64,000 nucleotides of DNA from Moniliella sp. 'wahieum' (GCA_003971905.1 RSEE01000010.1:744001-808000); one strand, 5' to 3'. Positions 13,791-26,239 are shown, counted from the stretch's first letter. Numbers and translations: made by a program. Notes: generated from the sequence alone by a model not told the origin.

Positions 13791-15962
13791 AAGGTAATAT
13801 TCGTAAAAATTTACTCATTTTTGGGTGATGTGGTATCTAAGCAAAATATTAATTTTTCACCAGCGCCCGTGTCGGTCCGGGGCCCACCTGCAACAGATTC
13901 CATCACCAATATTCTCTTCTTCCGCTTTCCCATTGTTTCTATGCAATGATCTCCTCCGTTTCAAAACCTGCGTCTCCTAATACAGTCCCGTCCGTGCCAG
14001 TCCCCTCTGTTGGTAAGGAAACGAGTGCCTTCCTCCGGTTCCTCATCAGGCATCCAGGGGACCCAATGTCTTCGCTTTTTTACTAATCGCCACTGGTGGG
14101 GGGAGGGGGCATGGGAGAGGGGAGGATCCTCCTCTGTTGAATGCAGCAGATGTGTGCAAAACACATTTTATTCGCGTCTCATCTCGTACCTTCGGTCTCT
14201 TCTTCCTACCGTAGCGCGTAGGGTAACTCAGACTGAGTGTACTAGGTAGTACTGATCGATGAGATCGATGATCGTCCAGCCATCGTCACATGTTACGTGC
14301 CATGTGTCATACACATCACAGAGGTCACATGTCGATCACACATGTGACACGCGTAGATATCGAAGGATGCCAGTAGTCGAGTCTGATACAACCTGTACAA
14401 CTTACAACGGGAAGGATGCTGGGGTGGTGGGCAGTGAGCTAGTGAGTGGTACTAGCGATGTGAAAGAGCGGGCGTGTGCATCATGCATCATGCATCACAC
14501 GTCAGTTGTAATGCATGTAAACGCTGCTCTGTGCCTAGGATGGGGTGCAGGGTGCAGCAGCGTGCAGTGGTCCTGTGTCCCTAAGCGCAGGCGGGTAGGG
14601 GCGAGGAGGGCGGAGGGCGCAAGGCGTGGAACGCAAAGCGTTGGGACGTTGGAGATGCAGGAAGCTGCAGGGGCGTGCAGGACAAGTGCGCGTGGCGTTA
14701 TCGATTCGATTCAGGTCGCAGAGCAGGCACAGGCGGGCAACCAACCGCCGAAGCCAGCGTCACATGTCGCACGTCAAGCGGTATGCGTGACGCGTCACTA
14801 GCACGAATTGCTAGTTCCTGCTCTGCTGCGCGGAGGGCACTGTTGCACGCGGCGGCGCACTGGCTCGATGCAGCCCATTTTCAATCTGCCGCGTCGAGCA
14901 TCCCTGGCATGCCCCGTCGGCCCAGCCAGTGCAGACACGGCCAGTGCTCCACCGCTCAGCCACAGCGACAACAGCAGCCGCAGGGAGCAAATGGCCGACC
15001 GGCCCGAGGGCATTCCTTGCATCTGGAGAGTGTGCCGCGTAACTGAGTAGGGGAGTCTCGGTCTGAGATCTGAGGACCCTGCATTGCGCATGGCATGCAT
15101 GGCCGTGGCAGTGGCAGCATGCACGCATTGCATAATCCAGCGTTCGAACCTCGAAACCTGCGGGCATCACATCACCCGTCATCCATCGCCGTCACCAATG
15201 CATGCCCGCGGGCGCCAGGGCAGCCTAGGCGCTATGGGCCCCCTGCAGCGCTCGCGCCTACCCCTGCTTTAGCGCTTGGCGCTTGGCGCCCAGCGCGTCC
15301 CGGTGTTTGTGGCCCGTCGGACGCCCTGCCGTCGCAGCGCCTGGCGCCTGCCTGCCACCTTCTTGCACGCACGCCTCACGCCAGGCGTCTCCTCTCGACA
15401 AGCACGCACTCCCTCCGCCCGCTGGCGATGGCATTCGTCCTGCTCGCCCCCGCGCCCTCTTCGTCCTGAGCGCCCCCCCCCCGCGTTGCCATCGCTTTAT
15501 TGCCGCGCTGATGCTTGCCCGCCCCCCTGCCCGGGTCCGGCCTCCCTCGCCCCCGCGAATCTGGCCCTGACTTGCTTGGGTTTGCCTGGCCTCTCAGCCT
15601 TCGCCCCACAACCCGCCGGCGCCATCGCCATCCCCGTCTCCGACGTCCCCTTTCCCTCCCCCCCGCCTTCGTCCTCCGCTGTCCACACCCCCGCCCCCGC
15701 CCCAGCGGCCGTTCCAGCGGCAGCAGCGACCCGCCGCCGCGCCCTGAATCTCCATCATCCTTCCCTCCTGGCTCCCGCTCTGGCAGCCATCGTTCTCCGC
15801 ATCTCCCCCCCCCGCTCAGCAGCACAAGACGCCTTCCTTGTCGTCACCCCAGCAGCAATTTTCCCCCCAAAACAGTCCGTGCCTCCGACCCACGCCACCC
15901 GCCCTCCTCGCCATGCCCTCCAGCGCTTCCTTCTCCCCACCAGCACCCATCGACACTCGAGC

Positions 15963-18375
15963 ATGTTCAGCAGCACCCTACCTGCCCCTGCTCATCGCTC
16001 GACGGCGCCAGTTTTGCTGCCAACTCCCTTTCCAAGCCTGGCCGTGGCCGCTGCGGGCGACACCCTCCGCCCCGCTGTGCTCTCTGAGAGTGCTTTATCG
16101 CCAGCCGAATATGCATCTTACCTTCCTGCTCTCTTAGAGCTCAAGAAGTCTCCATCGGGCCTCGAGGGGTTGTACGACGAACTGAGTGCACTGCAGTATC
16201 TTCGTGAGAAGTGCAAACTGCAACTCAAGGACGAGGCCTTGATCCTCTCCCTTTTCGAGCGCCCCCCATTGGGAATCAAGCCAGGACATTTTTTATGCCT
16301 GGCTCCGCCTCGTCTCTTGGGTCCAACAGGGTCAAAAACCGAGCAAGAAGCTCCTCTTTACTCAAAGTATGTGCTTTCTGTATCTTATTTTTTCCAGTCT
16401 AACCTTTTCCCGCAGCTGTCCCAGTCCGCACTTTCATTGGTGCCGGATCCGGTTCAGGTCCGAGACATGAACGGTCTGCGACACACTTACAACGCTCCCA
16501 CACAGCGGGGACACATTCATCCTGACGGTTCCCAGCAGGTGCCTGACACGCCACAAGCGTCCCATGCCACTGCCAGCCGGCATGCCTCGGTGCCTCTGGC
16601 ACTGGCATCCTCGGGCCGCCACGCTGGTGTGACAGCAACAACACTCATCAAGCCGAAGGCAAGGATGGCCTCGCGCTCCCCCAGTTGGGGCTAGGGATGC
16701 CGCTCGTTACCGAAAGTTCCTGACTTGCGTATTGCCGAGTAACACAAAAAACCCGTTCCACGATCCCACCCGACTGTATTTACCTCCTCCTGTTGCTCCG
16801 CCGACTACACGCGCGGCTTTCCCTTCTCACCCTGGCCCTGCGCCGCTCATGCAAGGGGTACCTACCCATCATCATCGAGAGCATCACCGTGATCAAAGAG
16901 AAAAGGAACACCATCACCGTGATCGGGAAAGGAAAGAGGAAAGGAGCATCCGCCCCGTGGGATGGAAGCGGCAAAAGCTCGCAACCAATAGTTTCTCCAT
17001 CATGCGGCCCCGGCCCTACCCGCTCCCGCACCGCCACCACCACCCCGGCCTGGGAAGCTACCGCTCGACGCGCTGATTGGCTTCAAACCCAGCTCCCAAC
17101 CCTTTCAAACAGACCAAGCCCCGTCTTGTGCGTCCCACTCCCGTGGTTGCGACAGTGCGGCGGCACAGCGTCCCCCACCATCCAAGTGTCGCAATTCTTC
17201 GATGCTAAAGACCAGGGACGGAGGAGGACGGGCGGGAGGATGCAACTTCGGGTCGAGACAGCCTCATGCCAGTCAACCGTACCCAGTGTCTTCCCCTTGA
17301 TGAGTCGCATATGCTGTATGCTGGGTTCAAGCAAGGAGTGCTGGATCGGTTGGGCGCCCCCTCCCCACCCGGGCACCAATCAGTCCCGCTCATCCAAGCC
17401 GTCAATGCCGCTAGCGAGGTGCACAAGGCCAAGCAAGCTCTCCCACCCAAAACCTACACGACAATTCAGCGCAGCACCAAGAAGCCCAAATCGCTGAGGA
17501 GCAAACATGGTCCTCGTTCCGATACCAGGCCCGAGCCTGGATCGGGACCAGGTCCCACTTCCAGTGTTGGGGGTGGTACTTCCATCTCCAACGTGGTCCA
17601 CCCATTTTGGTGGCCCCACAGCCGCGACGTGCCACTGCTGGGAATGATCTCACCTCTTCGCTCTACAAAAGAAAGCAGAGGAGGATGGGATCAAGAGCCA
17701 TGAGCGTGTTCGCTCAGCATACACGGGACGGAGCAACAATCATCTCGTCGGTTATTAAACGAGCGCTCTCCGAGCCGCCTGTCGAAGGAGGGGTGGCCAT
17801 GGAGGGGCTGCTGGGTTCACATCTTGCCACTCTGGGTGCTGGCGGTCGACCCGAAATCGCGAGTTCGACCCGGGCTGCTCGCTACGCCCCTTCTTGTACC
17901 ATCCTGAGACTCGTGCGGGTCTCACAAGAGTCGTGCCGCCGGAACAATACGAGTACGGGTACGGACACAGGTCCGGTGCGGGGTTACCGAGGAGCATCTA
18001 TTGGCCCTGACCCCAATGGCTGCAGGACCAGGATGCGATCCAACCTCCCTTGGGACAGCACCTGGCGCCTAGCCAGTCGATAAGCAGTATCGGTAGCTCC
18101 CACAATCTTATCCCCCTCGCATACAAGGGATGATGATTCCTGGCTGGGCAGCGTTGCCCCAGGCGCCTCTGATGATAGGATCGGTGGCCGCAGAGAGCGT
18201 GGAGGTGCCGTTGATGCAAGAGCAGAGCGAGGCACGCGACGTGTCTGTTACCTCTCACAGCTCGCGGCGTGCCTTCCCAGTTCTTCTGCTTGCTGCGCTG
18301 CTCGCATCTCAGGCTGGTGTCTGTGCTCGGGGAACGGCGCTGGATCCTTTCCCAATTTCCACGAAGTACACATGA
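15963..18375 (+). CDS. Hypothetical protein with a helical, possibly EH-like N-terminal domain and a long low-complexity region; intron 16367-16415
   Basis: CT-rich leader then ATG; protein-like segment LSPAEYASYLPALLEL..ALQYLREKCKL..LILSLFERPPLGIKPGHF; canonical GTATGT..CTAAC..CAG intron; chain of + strand ORFs to 18375. Confidence 0.6.
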
Positions 18376-19055
18376 GGACACGGAATTAAATGGTCTCCTC
18401 GATCCTGGGTAATTTTTCGTGCCTTCTGTGTCTTCTTCCTGCGTTTGCTTGGCATTCCATCCTATTTGGCAAGAGCGTGCGCACAACGCTCTGTTCTACC
18501 AAAAACCGACGCTGCCCTAGATTTCGACCCACTTTGGGTATCTAACTTTGGCCCCTACCCCTTTGTACCCCTTGTGTTCTCCCCATCTATCCCACACTGC
18601 GCATGCGTGGAGTTGTCCGGTTTGTGCGTTGCTGTTGCTGTTCCTGTTGCGCTCTGTACTCTTTATCGTCTCCTTTGGGAGCCATGTTCCGTGCCCAATG
18701 AAGGGCAGATGTCCCTAATGATGTGTGCTTGCCCCAAGCCATCCTGTTGGCTGTTGGTGTTGCAGCGGATGTAGTAGCCCGCGTGCCTCTGATGCTTGAA
18801 GCCTGACGCGTGACGCTTGAAGCTTGGTGGTTCCATGCAAGAGGAGGCAGGCAAGTCGTGCGACCCAGAAGCAGTCTCCTGCCGAACTGTCTGTCTGACG
18901 TAAGGCGCACACCACGTGACCGGTAGCCACACCTGGCCTGCTGCTTGCACTGCCGAATGCGGGCGACCGTCTGCGGCCGTCATTGCGGACAATGCAAGGC
19001 AGCCCCGGCCGGTACAGGCCGTGGCGAGAGTCGCGCGTCGGGAGCAGCGGCTGCG

Positions 19056-20111
19056 ATGCCGGCGGGTGTGGAGGTGGGTTGCGTCCGGATCCAGCATCGG
19101 TGCTGGCACCAGCAACAGCGCCGCCGCGGCTGCCCCCGCTCTGCGCCCGCTCGCAAACCCGCGCTCGCCGAAGAGCTTGGGGGGAGCGCGAGCCGGTGTT
19201 GTTCCAAGGCGCCGAGGTGCATCCGCCAAGCATGTGGGCGCCCGTCGCACCTGGCGTGTCCCGATGGAGCTACGTAGGAACAAGCGAGGCCAACTACCCG
19301 TCCTTCGCTCCTTGTGTCTCCGCAACATTCTTCTTCTCTCGCCCGAACCGCCGGCTGCGGACCTGTTGCTCCTTGCCGAGGAACAGAGGACCACCATCAC
19401 CCATTTTAATCTGGCCCCCGATCCTGTTGTCATCCCCCCGGGCAGGGGTGGGACTGGACCACACTCTCGGACGGCACGAATCATCCGAACCGCCTGTCGG
19501 TCGCGCATGGGAGACCGAGTCGGACGTGCCAACGTGCCTGGGATCGAAACGTTCATGTCCCCCCTGGTTGACCATGATCCGTTTGGATGATCCCTCACAC
19601 CAACTGGTGGATCCCTCAGCATCTTTTGGTCGTCGTCCAACATTGTTCGGTCCATCATCAGCCCGCATACGATCCAACGCGTCCTGGAAGCACTGGTGGA
19701 CGTACGCAACCACCCGACGGCAATCGTGGATGTGTAGGTGCCGCTTCCGCTTGTTTTCGCTCTTTCCCCCACTGACCTTGACCTTGTGATATTAGATCGG
19801 GCGTGCACGAAGTGGGGGTCGTGGTGGGCTGTCTGCGTAAGTGCAGCTATGGAACTTTGCTGGAATCTTGATTGAGTATCGTACGTTTGCCGGGAGCCGA
19901 GCTCGGCCCGAACACGAACGGTTTATCGAAGTACGTCGTTCCTCTGAGTTGCATGGACTTGATCTACTTACTCATCCGCCCCCCCTCCTCCCGCCTCTCC
20001 TATCAGACGTTCGACATCGACTCGCTCACCTTACCTCCCGAACCGTTCATACCCAAGTGGTTGCTCTACCGCCCCAAAGGCGCAGCCCGATCCCGGAGGA
20101 AGCCAACTTAG
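19056..20111 (+). CDS. OCA/Siw14-family (Y_phosphatase2-like) putative phosphatase; introns 19734-19795 and 19931-20006; start approximate
   Basis: PPSMWAPVAPGVSR..NYP.LRSLCLRNILLLSPE, RVLEALVDVRNHPTAIVDV-SGVHEVGVVVGCLRK.QLWNFAGILIEYRTFAG..RPEHERFIE-TFDIDSLTLP..IPKW after splicing. Confidence 0.85.
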
Positions 20112-20135
20112 CATGAATAACACTCTTCCTCCTCC

Positions 20136-20910
20136 TCAGCGTCTCTTGTTCTTCTTTTTGGGTTTCTTGACAGGCTGGGGAGTTGGTTGCGGGGATGGAG
20201 GGAGAGAAGGGGCAGGGATAGGAGGCGTCCATTCAGACAGTCCTCGATCAGCGGCATCTTGTTGCCGTAGAGCAAGCACGCGGTCTTCCAAGTCAAATAG
20301 GTAACTGTCCTTGACATGGTCGCCCAAGTGCCGGACGGCTTCCGCAGTGCGGAGGAGATACTCGTCGTTCCGCCCACTTGGACCCGAGGTGGTGAAGATG
20401 CGCTCAGCCAGCTCGTCCACCGGCTCGGGCCCAACAAAAGCTGGGTTGTCGGGCAAACCGACATAGACCAACACATTGTCCATCACCTTCTCCTCCTCGC
20501 TTGCCCACACCGTTACCCGTGTTTCGGTGTACCCGTTCTTCTCCCGCCAGTCCAAGTCCCTTTCACCCTTTCACCGCCTCTGCATGAGCAGGGTCGATGG
20601 TAAAGCTGTACCCCCACACGATATCCCCCTCGGGGGGCTTCTCGCCACCTCGCTCGTGCCAGTCTTTGGCGGTAACAAGGGTTACCACCCGTCCGGGCCG
20701 TGCTGGGGTGCCTCTGTGGTCGATGGACGCTTGAGCAAAGCGTCGCGCATAGCCTTTGATGAAGCCTGGCGTCGCACCAATCACGTGGGGCGGGGGACGG
20801 AAGATAAGACTCCCATAGCCAAACACGTCAAACGAGCCTTCAGGTCGCTCGCTAAGGATGGGCAAGTCGGATGCAGGCACTGCTGGGGCAGCTAACAAGT
20901 CGGCATGCAT
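20136..20910 (-). CDS. ChaC-family glutathione-specific gamma-glutamylcyclotransferase domain (probably the C-terminal part of the upstream DnaJ protein)
   Basis: VFGYGSLIFRP, GYARRFAQASIDHRGTPARPGRVVTLV, LDWREKNGY, YVGLPDNPAFVGP, SGPSGRNDEYL. Confidence 0.93.
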
Positions 20911-22417
20911 CTTTTCGTACTCGGGCGAATTCCATAGACTCTCCTCAGCCGAGCCCGGGGTAGGGGCACCGTGTTGGAGGCCAGGTGAAGGCGCACCTCT
21001 TCATCCTCCGAACCTTGAAGGGCAGCAGCAGCTGCAGCTTTGCGTTGCGCTTTTGCCTTCTTCTTGGACTTTTTGCTCTGTCCCGGCGCTGGTGCTTCGT
21101 CCATCAGAGACACTCCCTGCATCTCGTGCGCCAGATCTACCTCGTTCAACTTGAACTTTTTCTCGTCTGCTTTCATCTCCCGCTGGAGGCGTCGAACTTG
21201 CTGCTGATGTTTCTTGCTGTGCTCATGGTTGCGCAAAGCGGGCTCGGAGCGGAAGAACTTGTCACACGCAAAGCAGGTAAATCGTTTGGGTCGCCCCATT
21301 CAACCTGGTCCGCAGCACCTTCGCCAGCTTCGGCTTCAGCATCCGCCCCCTCTACCCATCGGGACCTTCGTCTCTATCAATCGCCTCGCTATCCGACGAA
21401 TCAAACTCAGTCGAGGAATGCGTCGTGCTCTTCCCATGCTTGGCGTTCAGCAGCATACTTGGCTGCTGCCTCTTGCCGCTCGCGCTGGCGAGCTGCCGCC
21501 TCCTCCCGCGCCTGCTGTTGCCGCTTTTGTTGGGCTGACGGCTCGGCGGCCATGCGTTTGGAGTACTCTTGGAACCGAGGATCGCGCTTGCGCACAAACG
21601 AAGCGAGGCATGGACAGTGTCGTTATACTCCCGCCGCGCCCGATCACGCGCTTTTTGTTGTCCTTCTCCATCAACCTCTTGAGCCGACGATCGGGGGCGT
21701 CCGAGGCGCGGTACTGATCTGCCCAGCCAAAGCTCTTGCGGGTGTGGAAATTGAGCCAGGCATCGTAAAAGTCCTTGACTTGGGGGCGCTGTGATCCCGG
21801 GGCAGTACATATGCGTCTTGAAGGCCCCCAAAGAGAGGGTATCGATTGGATCGCCATTGTCCTCTCCGGGGTAAGGAGTGGCAATGCGTTCCTCCTCTGC
21901 CAACCGCTCAAAGAGACGGCGATACGTCCCGTAGAAGCCGCTGCTCTCTGCCACTCGGGTCGTAGCTGCGCTTCGCCGCAAAGCTCGGATCAAAGAACTT
22001 CATCAGATGACGCACCGTCAATCCTGGACCGGAAGGTTTGGCTGGAGCTTGCTGGGTTTTGCCTGTGCGCAGGTCATGGAACGTAGCCGGGTCACGTCCT
22101 CCTCGTCCTCGTCGGCAGCCAGGTCGTCGTTTTGTGGGTATCGTACCATGCACGCTCTTGTTCGTCACTGAGGACCTCATATGCCGCTTGGATCAAATGA
22201 AAGCGCCGATTGGCTTCCTCCTCCTCGCCTCGGTTCTTGTCGGGGTGGTGGACAAGAGCCAGCTTGCGAAACGCCTTGCGCACCTCGGCCTCCGTCGCGG
22301 TCTCCTCGATGCCCAGCAGGGCATAGTAGTCCTTGGCACTGGGGCCCCCGGGCCACGCGCATCGGGAACATCGCCTGGAGTTGCACCCCCTCGACTCGTC
22401 GACGCAGCAGCACCCAT
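20892..22417 (-). CDS. JJJ1: Jjj1/DNAJC21-type J-domain protein with C2H2 zinc finger
   Basis: MGAAAST start; DYYALLGI..RKAFRKLALVHHPDKN..IQAAYEVLSDEQERAWYD; FYDAWLNFHTRKSFGWADQY..APDRRLKRLMEKDNKK; KRDPR; CFACDKFFRSEPALRNHEHSKKH. Confidence 0.92.
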
Positions 22418-22997
22418 GCCTGAAGCGGGCAAGTGCAAGATCCAAGGGCGGGACACTCTGGTGGTTGGTCCAAGTAAAAGCGCTCCATCTCTCACAAGCA
22501 GCCAATGGCAGGCCGGCGAAGTGAAAAATTAGGTCATCGACCCGCTGCTCCGTCCCGCCGGGTGATCGACGGATGATCCCCGGCGCTATGCACATGTCGT
22601 CCCGGCTATAATACGCTACGCGTGCTATATAGGCCCAGCTGGGCCCGCGGCGCCTCTCCGCTTCAACTAGCTCGGCCGATCAGGCGCGCGTGCCTTCGTT
22701 CTCGTTCGCAAGCCAGCTGTCGGGCGGGATTCGCTGTGCTCCGATCCTCGTCCCCGCCTCCGTTCCCGTGACATGCAGTCCTGGCCAAGCTCTCCCTTTG
22801 CACCGTGCACTCTCTGCCGGCCTGCCGTTAAGGAGATTAAGATCCGTCATCAGCAGTGCACATGCACCCATCGCCTCGTCAAGAGCGTTGCGGTCCTGCT
22901 CTCTTTCCTTTCCACCTCCTCTCACCGCCCTGCTCACCTTCAAGCGTATCGTCTTGTCACGGGCGGGCGCCACCAGGGGCCCGCCCTGGGTTTTTGG

Positions 22998-23208
22998 GGT
23001 ACAATCCCTTAGGCGACGGTAGGTCGACTCACGGTAGTTTCAGGCTTAGGCTGGTCGGTGTGTCCGAGCGGAGCTAGGGACAAGGAGAGGCCTTTGGTGG
23101 GCGGCTGCACTTGTGGCAAGGCTGCGTCTGCCCGGCTTGGGCCGTAGTAACGTGTCTGAAGCCTCCGGGACTTAAGGCGGGAGGAGGAGACAGCGGCGGG
23201 CAAACACT
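22998..23208 (+). ncRNA. Unidentified structured RNA-like element, copy 1
   Basis: Colinear conserved blocks with 35159-35401 and mutually compatible helices containing G-U pairs on the + strand. Confidence 0.5.
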
Positions 23209-24367
23209 GCCTCAACTGAGACTTGAAATCGACGCGGCCAGAAGAGGGCTCGCGCGACTGGACTGACGAATGGCTGGAGGACGAGGTCGGAAGAGAAGTC
23301 GGACGCTAACAAGATCAAGCTGGCTGTACTGGATCAATTGGCTGGAAAACGGGCAGGAGTCGGACAGGATAGGCGGGAGGGTAGACGAGGGGGTTGAGAC
23401 GAGAATGGAAGGTGAGGGAAAAGATCCCCATCAACCAGGGGTACAGGCAGGATCAAAGGGAAACGGATACAAGAGGGTGTAGAAAGGAAGACATGTCAAA
23501 AGCGGGGTTGGTCGCCGCAGGCGCGACTGAGAAAGGAAAGGAAACGGGGACGGGGCGACAGTCGTCGCCACGGCACTGGAAGCTCTCGGTGGCCTTATTT
23601 GGGCCGGCCGACTTGGACTTGCGGGGGGGCGACTATTGTCGCACGGAGCATGGCCATTCGGCCACGATCTTAATTTAGCCAACCATCATCACACTTGGTT
23701 GTGGCCTGCGGTGCACGCTCTACTGGACATGTGCGGAGCAGGCGGGCCTTAGCTTGGGTCGGACCATCTTGGGTCCGCCGCAGCCCGTGACATCGTCAGC
23801 TAGTCCGCCTCTGCTCTCGGCGTCTACATAGATATGTTTTCCTGCCACCTGCTCCTGTCTCTTGGTTTGGGTTCTATCCGGCCGTCTGCTACCTTCAAAC
23901 TGACCAACGGAAGAAGTTCAACTGGGTCTGCATTTTAGACCGGGGGAGGGTCTGGCTACTTTTGGTAAATAAGCGCTAGAAGCCAACATAAAGCAGGGAC
24001 AGGCCCTCGCGCGTGACCTGACATCTCATGTGTATGTGGAGCGAAGTCACGCGTGTGGCGCTTGGCTAACAGGCGACACGGCAGTCGGACCATGATTCCC
24101 CCTCCGTCCAGCGAGAGCAGTTCAAGCAGGCGAGAGGTGCGGGGCCAAAGGGGAAACGCTGTGGGTTCACCCAAACGGTCCGAGATAGTACCGATCCTCA
24201 AGCCGCGTCTGGGGGTGAGGATGAGGACCACGATTGTCAGAGGCGGTCGGCTGGCCACCCAAAACATCAATGGGCTCCAACTCTTCTAACGGGCGCCCCG
24301 CCCGGTAGGAGCAGGACGCCAGGCAGAGTACATCCCCATCGGGCCCGTTTCGAGAGCGGGCCCGAAG

Positions 24368-26239
24368 TCAGAGGACGCGAGAAGGCATGGTGCTTGTTGA
24401 ATGCGAATCGGAGGGTGCGGAGAAGGGGCGGAGTGGGGTGATGAGCTGTACTTGGTGTAACTGCTGCGTTTGCTCAGGTACCTGCGAAGTGGAAGGGGAC
24501 GAGGTCGAGGTCATGGGCTGTAAGGCAAGAGCATGAGTAAGAGCAGAGGGCTTGCTAGCCAAGTTTGGCTCAGGATTCGGGTGGGAGCGGTAGGAATACA
24601 TCGGGCCCGACGGAAGGGCCTGATGAACGAGTAAGGGGGGATAAGGTCTCGGCAGATAGATCAGCGGGCGGGGGACCGTGTGGTGTATATTCAAACCAGA
24701 GGGGTTGACCTCCAACCCCCGGCCCGTAGCAGAGTAGGGAAGAGAAGCATATGCTCCTCCCGATGTTCCAGGGGATGTGGAAGAAGAGGCAAGGTGGGAC
24801 TCGTGGGCTTGGTTCGATGGGCCGGCTGGAACCGTGAACCCTGGAGGTTGAAGGATAGGGAAGGGGGAGCATGACCCTGTGGGGGCAGAGCGGGAGTGGA
24901 GGCGGCCGTTGCGGAGCAGAGGAGAAAGAGGTTGGCAAAGTAGGTCTGCGCTCTTCCAGGAACGAGGCTGGAATGTGGCCCACGTCAGGCTCACTCACGT
25001 AGAGGAGGGTCCCGTCGTCAGCACGGCGCGTTTGGGGCGGCACTGAAATTTGGAAGGGGGTGGAGTAGGTCTGGCGAGAGGGGCAGTGTGCGAAGCGACG
25101 TCTCTGAGGGGACACGGAGGCGATTGGCCAAACATCTTCCAGCGTATATACGACACGAGTGGCAGGTCCCTCCATCCGTCTCGACGGAGATGGTCTACAA
25201 AGTGACTGGTTAGATGCCCGGAACTGATATGTCCTTTAGTCCATATCCCTGAGAAAAGAACGTACCTTCTTACAGAGTCCTCGCTCCACAAAGGGGGAAG
25301 CGGCCGTACGTGGGCCATGGCGCGGGACGCCTGCTCCTTCCGTCTCGGTGCAGAAGAAGGACGTGTCAAACGAGGGGTCAGAATATCGAGCTTGAATCAA
25401 GACTCCCCGTGCGCTCACGCCACGGGCTTCTTTGTCCAACCCACGATTGACAGGTGGTTGCATCTCTGCACCCCGTAGAGGCCCCACGCTGAAACGGTGG
25501 CGGTGCCACTTCGGGAACCAGGGCACTTGGACGTATCCGTGCGACCGTGTTGGAATCAGGAGGGGATATGGTGCAAGTGGCCCGCCGTTTTGGCAGCAGG
25601 TTGGGCAGAGGGGAGAGCCTTCCGATCTCTCAGAAGCTGGTAGAATGTGGGGGGGCAGGGGGTTCGGGAAGACGCCCACAATAGGTGAGAAAGATTGCGC
25701 TCAATCTGGCGGTAGACCTGGAGGAATAAAGATGGGTCAGCCTATGCACATAGGGGCTTGAACGTCAAATCTTTAGCAGAGGCGGAGGGGAGATACTCAC
25801 GAGAAAGTTTGGAGAATCCGACTAGGACTCCAGAGCCCATCAGTCCAACGCTTAATGCCAGTCTCACGTTCATTGAAGATGAAGACCTGACCGGATCGGA
25901 TCAGAGAGCGGCGTTCATCATCCCGCAAACGCCGCTGGATCAGGGGAATAAGCCCTTGGCGCACGGCTTCAAGAAGCAAGAGTGCATCCAGAGTTGTTGA
26001 CACGTATCCTTCCCACGTGCTGTGGGTAATGGGGGCCGTGCGTGAGCGGGTACCTCCTGGGGCCGAAGAAGGGCGTAACTGCGCTGGACCGGCCCAAGGG
26101 CCGGCAGTGAGCGGGGCGGGAAGGAGCGGGGCGGGGAGGAGAGGGGCGGGAGGCAGCGCATAGGGTGTAACAGTAGGAGCAGCATCATTACTGCTGCGAT
26201 CATCTGGCGTCCGGTCTAGATGACCAGGGGTCGGGACAT
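24368..26239 (-). CDS. Gti1/Pac2 (WOPR) family transcription factor; introns 25718-25800 and 25195-25265; 3' end approximate
   Basis: TWEGYVSTTLDALLLLEAVRQGLIPLIQRRLRDDERRSLIRSGQVFIFNERETGIKRWTDG..WSPSRIL..FL-VYRQ (WOPRa); GLCKK-TISVE..LVSY.TLEDV (WOPRb). Confidence 0.93.

Noticed and set aside
18663..19808. Long antisense ORFs (also 40773-41534 and 20985-21794)
   Set aside because: Shadow frames of real GC-rich genes on the opposite strand, with no domain features
22607..22614. TATAATAC as a CRESS-DNA virus replication origin
   Set aside because: No flanking stem-loop and no Rep motifs nearby
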